From: Bilabrum cf. latius
Taxonomy: Eukaryota
DNA length: 64,000 nt
Assembly (NCBI GenBank): GCA_965178125.1
Contig: OZ237766.1
Span: 620,001-684,000, forward strand
Direction: 5' to 3'
In this document: positions 49,869 through 59,957 of the stretch, piece after piece
Position numbering within the stretch: position 1 is the first letter of the stretch
Layout of the letters: every line of letters begins with the position of its first letter
Program-made: the position numbers and the translations under genes
The notes under the pieces: model-generated
Seen by the model: the letters and a program-made list of their open reading frames with translations, nothing else
Told to the model about the DNA's origin: nothing
The model's database searches: none

Positions 49869-51227
49869 TCACACCTCTGGAAGATCCTCGCACAGCATCA
49901 GAGGATCCTCACGGATCTCCCCCAGCACACCCAACGCATCCCCCACAGCCACCTCCCAGCAGCCCCTCCCGCCGCCATCCCGCCGCTTCAGGTACCAGTC
50001 CGCATCCCGCACGCCGTGCGCCAGTGCCAGCACGCACTCCCCATGGCCTCCAGAACATGCAGCTGTCAGCGCGTTCCAGCCCGCCCCATCCACGGATTCG
50101 TGCCCGCCAGCCAGCCTGCCCAGCCTCAGCCGCTTGCCCAGCTCCATGGGCCTGCCCTCGCTGGCCATCTGCATCACCATGCCCGCGTCCCTGTGCGCGT
50201 CATGGGCGTGTCTCCAGTGCAGCATGTGTCTCATCCTGCGCCTGAACGGGTTGTAGTACTGCACGCCCCTGAGCTCACGCGGGTCCGAATCCCGGAAGAG
50301 CGCATCGAGCAGCTTGGGCGGGTCATAGCCGTGCTTTCGGATCGCCTCAATCAGAACAGCCACGGATGATAGGGGTCTGTAGTGTCGTCTTGCCATCATT
50401 TTCTGCACCCACTGCAATGTAGATATCATGTAGTCTGTTGGGCACAGTCCCTCCTCTCGCTGCAACCCAGAGTGGAGGATGGCAGCCATCTGCAGAGGAG
50501 TACCGTATACATTCCAATGCTCGGGCCATGCCCGAAGGGAAGCGCTCAATGCTGTAACGATCAAGCTTCCATCCATGAAACCATCCTGCGATGGCAGATC
50601 AACTCATGACAACACAGTATAGCTGTCTTCGCGCCACACAAACCCATTCATTTCGACCGGCGCCGCGACTCGTACACTACAGAGCCAAGCTTACGTGGAC
50701 ATGGAGACGATATTTCCTCTTCATGAACAGATGCAGCTCAAGGGTTCGCAAAAGGTACCGGCTGCGCATGGTGTGGTTCGAGTACGCATTGCTGCTTTCA
50801 TCAGACCTTTCGGCCTTGCAGTCAGTGGTTGAATCTCCATCCGCTCGGGCCTGGACGTTTGCCTGGTACCTCTTAGATTCTACGAGGTGCTACGAATTCA
50901 AGGCGAGCTCGTGCATGGCTTTCGGACAGGTGTTGCCGAGACGGTACTGGATCAGCTCCCTGTCGACATACTCCCGATTCTGCGGCAAAGCTCCTGATTT
51001 TGTACGTCATGAAATTGTAGTCTATGCCACTGCACTGGATAGAATCCCACATGTAAACTCACAGTGTCCGCCACAATCAGGCGTGAAATAGGTCGTGAGC
51101 AAACTGCAACTGCGTCGGAGCATGCTTCCAGACGTAGTCTAGTGCAGTCTCGACCGCTGGATCGAAGCAGAGCCTGCACAGTAGTATACAGTATCTCCTG
51201 GTCGGTCCTATCTGACGAGTAATCCAT
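49869..51227 (-). CDS. ankyrin-like repeat protein, array copy 6 (most divergent; MDGSLIVTALS)
   Basis: Same structure as copy 1, with several private substitutions. Confidence 0.7.
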
Positions 51228-51504
51228 GGTTCTGGTGACGATTCCAGACGAACCCACTTGCGACCAGGTACGATGAAGCGACCGCCACTAGGCCTTGTGG
51301 GCCGCACAGCAGAATCTTGTCATTTTCAGGGTTCGATTGAAGCCTCCAGGAGTCGGCAGTCATCATGATGGTAACGGTATGCCTTCTTGGCCTACTCGCA
51401 AGTTGCCTAGGCAGTGGCGCAGCAAGGCAAGCAGCCCTCCGCCGAAACAGGCACGACCAGCTGTTTGGACCTAGACCGGCGCTACCATGCCCATGACACA
51501 CTCA

Positions 51505-52863
51505 TCACGCCTCTGGCAGGTCCTCGCACAGCATCAGAGGATCCTCACGGATCTCCCCCAGCACACCCAACGCATCCCCCACAGCCACCTCCCAGCAGCC
51601 CCTCCCGCCGCCATCCCGCCGCTTCAGGTACCAGTCCGCATCCCGCACGCCGTGCGCCAGTGCCAGCACGCACTCCCCATGGCCTCCAGCACACGCAGCT
51701 GTCAGCGCGTTCCAGCCCGCCCCATCCACTGCCTCGTGCCCCCCCGCCAGCCTGCCCAGCCTCAGCCGCTTGCCCAGCTCCATGGGCCTGCCCTCGCTGG
51801 CCATCTGCATCACCAAGCCCGCGTCCCTGTGCGCATCATGGGCGTGTCTCCAGTGCAGCATGTGTCTCATCCTGCGCCTGAACGGGTTGTAGTACTGCAC
51901 GCCCCTGAGCTCTCGCGGGTCCGAATCCCGGAAGAGCGCCTCGAGCAGCCTGGGCGGGTCATAGCCGTGCTTTCGGATCGCCTCAATCAGAACCGCCACG
52001 GATGATAAGGGTCTGTAGTGTCTTCTTGCCATCATTTCCTGCACCCACTGCAATGTACTTATCATGAACTCTGTTGGGCACAGTCCCTCCTCTCGCTTCA
52101 ACCCAGAGTGGAGGATGGCAGCCATCTGCAGAGGAGTACCGTATACATTCCAATGCTCGGGCCATGCCCGTAGGGAAGCGCGAATTGCTATTGAGATCAA
52201 ACGCGAATCTATGAAACCATCCTGCGATGGCAGATCAATTCATGACGACACAGTATAGCTGTCTTCGCGCCACACAAATCCATCAATTTCGACTGGCGGC
52301 GCGCCTCGTACACTACAGAGCCAAGCTTACATGGACATGGAGACGATATTTCCTCTTCATGAACAGATGCAGCTCTAGGGTTCGCAAAAGATACCGGCTG
52401 CGCATAGTGTGGTTCGAGTACGCATTGCTGCGTTCATCAGACCTTTCGGCCTTGCAGTCAGTGGTTGCATCTCCATCCGCTCGAGCCTGGACGTTTGCCT
52501 GGTGCTTCCTAGATTCTACGAGGTGCTACGAATTCAAGGCGAGCTCGTGCATGGCTTTCGGACAGGTGTTGCCGAGACGGTACTGGATCAGCTCCCTGTC
52601 GACATACTCCCGATTCTGCGGCAGAGCTCCTGATTTTGTACGTCATCAAATTGTATCCTATGCCACTGCACTGGATAGAATCCCACATGTAAACTCACAG
52701 TGTCCGCCACAATCAGGCGTGAAATAGGTCGTGAGCAAACTGCAACTGCGTCGGAGCATGCTTCCAGACGTAGTCTAGCGCAGTCTCGACCGCTTGATCG
52801 AAGCAGTGCATGCACAGTAGTATACAGTATCTCCTGGTCGGTCCTATCTGACGAGTAATCCAT
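51505..52863 (-). CDS. ankyrin-like repeat protein, array copy 7 (variant IDSRLISIAIR)
   Basis: Same structure; exon-3 translation identical to copy 4. Confidence 0.7.
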
Positions 52864-53139
52864 GGTTCTGGTGACGATTCCAGACGAACCCACTTGCGAC
52901 CAGGTACGATGAAGCGACCGCCACTAGGCCTTGTGGGCCGCACAGCAGAATCTAGTCACTTTCAGGGTTCGATTGAAGCCTCCAGGAGTCGGCAGTCATC
53001 ATGATGGTAACGGTATGCCTTCTTGGCCTACTCGCGTGTTGCCTAGCCAATGGCGCAGCAAAGCAAGCCCCCTCCGCCGAAACAGGCACGACCTGCTGTT
53101 TGGACCTAGACCGGCGCTACCATGCCCATGACACACTCG

Positions 53140-54510
53140 TCACGCCTCTGGCAGGTCCTCGCACAGCATCAGAGGATCCTCTCGGATCTCCCCCAGCACA
53201 CCCAACGCATCCCCCACAGCCACCTCCCAGCAGCCCCTCCCGCCGCCATCCCGCCGCTTCAGGTACCAGTCCGCATCCCGCACGCCGTGCGCCAGTGCCA
53301 GCACGCACTCACCATGGCCTCCAGCACATGCAGCTGTCAGCGCGTTCCAGCCCGCCCCATCCACGGATTCGTGCCCCCCAGCCAGCCTGCCCAGCCTCAG
53401 CCGCTTGCCCAGCTCCATGGGCCTGCCCTCGCTGGCCATCTGCATCACCAAGCCCGCGTCCCTGTGCGCGTCATGGGCGTGTCTCCAGTGCAGCATGTGT
53501 CTCATCCTGCGCCTGAACGGGTTGTAGTACTGCACGCCCCTGAGCTCACGCGGGTCCGAATCCCGGAAGAGCGCCTCGAGCAGCTTGGGCGGATCATAGC
53601 CGTGCTTTCGGGTCGCCTCAATCAGAACCGCCACGGATGATAGGGGTCTGTAGTGTTCTCTTGCCATCAATTCCTGCACCCACTGCAATGTACTTATCAT
53701 GTAGTCTGTTGGGCACAGTCCCTCCTCTCGCTTCAACCCAGAGTGGAGGATGGCAGCCATCTGCAGAGGAGTACCGTATACATTCCAATGCTCGGGCCAT
53801 GCCCGTAAGGAAGCGCTCAATGATGTAACGATCAAGCTCCCATCCATGAAACCATCCTGCGATCACAGATCAACTCATGACAACACAGTATAGCCGTCTT
53901 CGCGCCACACAAATCCATCAATTTCGACTGGCGGCGCGCCTCGTACACTACAAAGCCAAGCTTACGTGGACATGGAGACGATATTTCCTCTTCATGAATA
54001 GATACAGCTCAAGGGTTCGCAAAAGATACCGGCTGCGCATAGTGTGGTTCGAGTACGCATTGTTGCGTTCATCGGACCTTTCGGCCTTGCAGTCAGTGGT
54101 TGTATCTCCATCCGCTCGAGCCTGGACGTTTGCCTGGTGCTTCCTAGATTCTACGAGGTGCTACGAATTCAAGGCGAGCTCGTGCATGGCCTTCGGACAG
54201 GTGTTGCCGAGACGGTACTGGATCAGCTCCCTGTCGACATACTCCCTATTCTGCGGCAGAGCTCCTGATTTTGTACGTCATCAACTGTGTGTGACAGTTG
54301 TAGTCTATGCCACTGCACTAGATAGAATCCTACAGGTAAACTCACAGTGTCCGCCACAATCAGGCGTGAAATAGGTCGTGAGCAAACTGCAACTGCGTCG
54401 GAGCATGCTTCCAGACGTAGTCTAGTGCAGTCTCGACCGCTTGATCGAAGCAGAGCCTAGACAGTAGTATACAGTATCTCCTGGTCGGTCCTATCTGACG
54501 AGTAATCCAT
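53140..54510 (-). CDS. ankyrin-like repeat protein, array copy 8 (variant MDGSLIVTSLS; codon 18 = TAG)
   Basis: Same structure; closest to copy 3. Confidence 0.7.
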
Positions 54511-54647
54511 GGTTCTGGTGACAATTCCAGACGAACCCACTTGCGACCAGGTACGATGAAGCGACCGCCACTAGGCCTTGTGGGCCGCACAGCAGAATCT
54601 AGTCACTTTCAGGGTTCGATTGAAGCCTCCAGGAGTCGGCAGTCATC

Positions 54648-56105
54648 ATGATGGTAACGGTATGCCTTCTTGGCCTACTCGCGTGTTGCCTAGGCAGTGG
54701 CGCAGCAAAGCAAGCAGCCCTCCGCCGAAACAGGCACCGGGCCGACCACACGTCTCAGCAACAGGCTGGGCGACCTCTCAACGGGAAATTCACGGCAGAT
54801 GAAACGCAACCTTCTGTCAAAGGCGATTTTGATACGAAATAGGCTCGTGATGCCATGTTCACAAGCTTGACAGTGCACGTGGAGGACTCAGGAGCCATGA
54901 TACTCGAAGGTGACGGTACCTTCCTCGACAATACCGTTAACGAGGCCTATGATGGTAAAATTCGAATCAGAGCAGCTCCAAATGGGAAACAAATCAATGC
55001 GGCAGTGCATGTGCTGCTCAGTGCTACGCGTAGGCTCCATCCAGATGCAGTACAGGCCCATGGTGAGTGTGACGGCGATGCGACAGCCGAGCCCCGAGAT
55101 TCCTTCTGAAGCCGATCATGAGCCTTGCGATGAACCAGTGCTATTCATCACTTCTACGCTATCCCCAATGCTGCAGGCGATGATATGAGTCAAGGTGTTC
55201 TAGCCCTTGCTCGCTTGAGCGCAGCCAATCAGCTAGGACAGCCACTCTCAGTACGCACTCAGACTCTCATGAACCAGGCAGGAGCGAATGCCTTGTGCTT
55301 GACCATACTGGATAAAGGCACAAAGCCGCATGCGCTAGCCGTCCAGGCGATGGCGCAGCAAATCATGCCTTCCCAATGGCCAGCAGGGGACATCTTCGAA
55401 GTTAAGCAGGGGGAATCAATTAGGCGCACCTGGGTCGAGTCAATTTCCAATACGATCGCAGCCTCGGCTCCAGAAAATGCTGCTACAAGGGCGTGGGTGG
55501 ACTGCGTCAAACTTGCAACCTTCACTAGGCCGGAAAGGTGGATGCTAGGTCTTTGGAGAGTTGTGATCTCCGACTGGATGTTCACTGGTTCTCATGCCGC
55601 GCCAACGTCACCAACGGAGAGGGCATTGGTCCAGCTCAACCACCATATGGTCAAAACCGCTGTTGACAGCAACCTCGCCGAAGTTGCAGCATGGGGTGCC
55701 GCTTTCCCGCACCTCGGTCCGCATGCAGATCCCTCCAGAGTCGGTGATCCCAACCCCGAGATCGTCGGGCATCCGCACGGAGCCCGTGTAGCCCCAGGAG
55801 GCGCCGGCCAAGCCATGGGTGGTGGAGCTGGTCCCCAAATTGAGGTCCCTGCCGAGGCCGGCGCGATCCAGGCGATGCCTGTGACACCCGAAGCCGACAC
55901 CACCGGTGAGGACGAAGGCGAAGCTCCGATGTCCCCCTCACGCAGCGCGGCAATGCATGATAGCAGCGAATCCGAGGGTGAAGGAGACTCATCTGCTGAA
56001 GACGCCCCGGACAAGCATGATGAGATGCGCGGCGACAGCGAAGCCGAGGACCCAGGTGAGGAGGGTGACAAGGGCGGCCACGGCAGCTCGGCGATGGAGA
56101 CCTGA
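54648..56105 (+). CDS. putative secreted hypothetical protein, 447 aa; 2 exons (54648-55062, 55177-56105)
   Basis: Signal-peptide-like MMVTVCLLGLLACCLGSGAA. TAG 54840 links ORF 54648..54842 to ORF 54855... A phase-1 GTGAGT...CTGCAG intron joins it in frame to ORF 55185..56105. Acidic tail; TGA stop. Confidence 0.65.
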
Positions 56106-56300
56106 CGCGTTCTAGAACCAGCCTTACCGCTGCCGTAAAGCTACGTAGGACAATGATGTTTTCTACATGCTGGAGGGTACTCCACACGAGATTGGCTTCG
56201 CTTGCCACTGCTTTGACTTCGGGGTCAGATTACCTCGGGAGTTTTTCTTGCTGGACGGCTACCTCGAGGCAGCGGCGGTGTGATTTGCTTTGTTTACTAG

Positions 56301-59300
56301 CCGACCCGGCGAAATTGTACGAACTTTCGTAAGGTTCGGTGACGAAATTTCGCAAGGTTGGCATTCAACTGTACGTATCTGCTGTAAAATCAAGTATTTG
56401 TTTAAAATAAAACCTCTTTATGTATATTAGTATAGTTATTCAACTATTACAGTAGTATTACCTCCTGAATACAAGCGGTGGGCGAGATTCAAGGTGTGCA
56501 AACATTTGCCTCCGCCACGCAGCTGGTGCTCGATCCCTTGCGGGTCACGAAAGCATGCCACATGAAATGGCAACGATATCTTCAAAACATGTCCCAAAAT
56601 ACACATATAACGAATACTATTATATATATTAGATAATAAATAATTGATATCACTGTATTTGGGTACCTGGGTCCCAAACTGACAGTCTGTACTAGCCCTC
56701 AACTCGACGGCCCCCAATCTCTTAGGTTCGATTTTCAAGTGGCAAATACAAAAATACGTCCTCCGTTTTTTATCCCATACTTAATCCACAAATTAAGTAG
56801 GTAATATAATTGCTATGACAGTCTTGAGCGGCTCCGCAATATTATTCTCTAGCAGAAAATGTGAAGAACGTTGACTCCACCCGACGTTGCTGAGCTCGAC
56901 TCATCGAAAATTGTCCAATCAAAAATTAGAACAATGCTGCCCCTAAAGGTTGTAGTCGGCTCTGTTCTTATAATAATACTTACTAAATATACGATTAGGT
57001 GGTCTAGAGCGAACTTTTAGGCAACTGGAGAAATTTTATCAAGGGAATTTCCAGGTACCCCAACAGCATTGAATCGAAGCTCTATAGGAATAATACAACG
57101 TATTTGCTTCCCACATGCCAAAATTTGATGTTTATATGATCGTTACACACAATGGATTCGCGAGTCTTGTGCTAAACGTTGAAAGTACCCCTAATTGTTT
57201 AATTTTCCTGTCACCATGGCTGAGCGTCCATGTGTCAAGGGTTGGCAGAATGCATCGTGTTGCTCACTAATGCAATGTCTTTTACCCCACATCGCCATCG
57301 ATATAACATGTGTACATGCATATATATACTATGTAGTGGTAACTGAATCAATCATAGCGCATGCATCCAAATATCTGACGAAGCTCGAACCCGTAATAAT
57401 TTCTGAAATATGTCTATGCCAGGCGTACAGAAGTGTTTTTTGGATTGTTTATGATACCCAAGCTATCATATTATACTATTTACACATGTATGTAACACCT
57501 AAAGGTGATAAAGAGTTCATTATGCGCCGATCAGTGACTTTGTATGCTAGCAGCTGCTGCGCCACCAGGCACCCTTTCCATGATTTCGAAGCTATATTGC
57601 GTCTTAATGACCTCATATTTAATCAATATTGTCATATATATATACACTAGTATTGTAGCAAGTATGAACCAATTTGAGTGCAGTGAAAGTATGGACGTGT
57701 GTTCAATGTGCTGTTGGCGAACACATGCTGCATATATGAAGCTTGGGCCAAATCTGTTCGCAATAATAATAGTTCAGCACCTGGTACATACTAATAGATT
57801 AATATATTAGAATAAATGGGCAGCAGATAGTGCTTTCATGAAAATATAAGGAAGTTTTGACTCTAGGAACAGAGTCCCCAAGTTGGTGTCTGACGCTTTC
57901 CAGGCTATGTGGTTCAGTCTACAATTCCATGCTGAATAAGGAGTACTTGGAGCTATGAATACGTGTATACATATTTTGTATTCATATTTATCATAAAGTA
58001 GCTTCAATATTGAGTTTGAGTCTATATTTGGCAAGATATCGAACGTGCACAACGGTCGGTGCACTTGGGCTTGTAGCATGCAAGCTGGTGGGCTAAGCAA
58101 TGACACAGCAGTTCGATTTGCACAAGAGGACGAAGAAGCTGCAATCTTGTTGGTGGATTGTTTATGCACATAATGACCTATCTAGGGCGTAGATCAGCTG
58201 GAATCCCTAATGTTTGAGATGTACTTGACATGACTTGCAGGCTCCACACAAATCCTCGCACCACTTGCCATGGATCAACCATACTGTCGCACTTATCTTC
58301 CACAATACACGACGGAAGCCTTCCATGACAGCCTCACTATAAGTATTATATGCTATACATTGCATGCATGCCTTCATTTAGATAACCCAGCAATGAATGA
58401 AGCTCTACAGGAATTCAACCGCGGGCCTTGGTTGGTCTCTGTCAGAAACTTGATCCGATACTAGGAGTTCGTTTACTGCCTGAAATCATGAAACAGGATT
58501 GTTTCAGCTATTGCTCCCAAAACCTATGTAGATAATACTATAATACATACTATACGTGAGGCCATGTATGTGTTAGTGCTTTACGTGGGCATATTATTGC
58601 GCTCAAAGTTGGCGATGGCGTGGGCCTGTCAGCAACCACTCCAACCTTGTCTTGACTTCCCCGCTCCTTTCTAGCTTGCTCAGTCTAAATTTGCTTACAC
58701 AATCCAATTGGGTATGTATTGTGCCTATGTTAAACGTGGGCGAATGATTCATTTGCAGTCTTCCGTTTATTTTGCTTGGATACGTCAGATTCTTGCTACA
58801 GTTTCTGCAGGCTGCCCTGCACAGCGCAGTTGACTAGAGCAGACATTTAATATTTCATGATGCTGCAGCATTTAAATGCTTGATGGATGAGTACATTAGA
58901 GAATGGCAGCACTCAATCGATGAGGAATATTGTTTTACTTGAACTATGCCGTATTCATGTCAAGGGCAAGAATCGGTCGATTCGCGTGGCAACTTTCCTA
59001 GGCGTATAACTCCACAAATTAACATTCAGACGGTAATTCACGTTGTACCATGCTTTATATACCAATAAACAAAACAATGAGATTAAAATTTAGCAACTTA
59101 GGGTCCTAAATTCGACATTTGAGGAGTGAATTGATGATCAGCACAAGCCACCGCACTCCCGTGAATCTGGTCAGAGAGCCTATTCCAGCAAACTTAGAAA
59201 TGCTTATGCTATATTCAGTAGCCTATACACATTATATATATACAGTAATGTAATAGAGTTTACAATCACTATCATTATTTTTATAGTTTACCTGCAGCGG

Positions 59301-59715
59301 CTGATTCACTGGCAGTCTGGCCAAGGCGCAATTCTGGTGTGAAATTATTTAAGATAACATTTCTCGGCACAACAATATAACTGGCGGGACGTAAATTGAT
59401 ATTTTACTAAAAGATATAGTATAATTACACTGGTAGTTGAATTACTACGCATTAACTATTAGTTCGGCAGAAACAGAGCTTTGAAAAAAACGGGTCATCG
59501 TCAGAGCAAATTTTTTGCTACGCCACACAAAGCATCAATGGAATACTCTAGCGGCTAGCTAGCCGCCCAATACGTAGTTAGTAGACCTACCAAACCATAT
59601 CAATTAACAATTGCTTAATTGGTATTCATTTAGACTTCAAATCTCGACCCGATCCGGAGGGGTACCAATCACCGAAATCCCGGAAGTGCCGAAAGTTGGG
59701 ATTTCGCCGGGTCGG
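56301..59715. mobile_element. 3,415-bp AT-rich DNA transposon (TIR element), copy 2
   Basis: Same TIRs, length and orientation as copy 1, and identical ORF-track translations. Its TSD is different: CTAG at 56297-56300 and 59716-59719. Confidence 0.93.
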
Positions 59716-59957
59716 CTAGCTAGCTCCTATATCGTATATTTGGAACAATAAATCTAGGGATACATATCAACACATGTAGTCGTGTGCCACTTTATCCGCG
59801 GATCCAGTTTTTGGGTAACCCGTATTATAGATTTGGAAAGGTACAAAGACTCTCGGAGGGCAAGACCGAATATACGCGGGTGCACCAGCAATATAGATCT
59901 AGAGCTAGTGCATGCAGGATGGTTCAATCATGGATGCGAGACTTTTGCTTTACAATG

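Larger units (their letters stand above)
41615..54737. repeat. tandem array of 8 units of ~1,640 bp
   Basis: Homologous stop codons at 41668, 43315, 44950, 46598, 48233, 49869, 51505 and 53140 (spacing 1635-1648). Both edges share CAC (41615-17 and 54735-37). Confidence 0.97.

Noticed and set aside
41615-54737. CRISPR array or rDNA-like repeat
   Set aside because: Units are 1.64 kb, protein-coding with spliceosomal introns; no short repeat-spacer structure or rRNA similarity.
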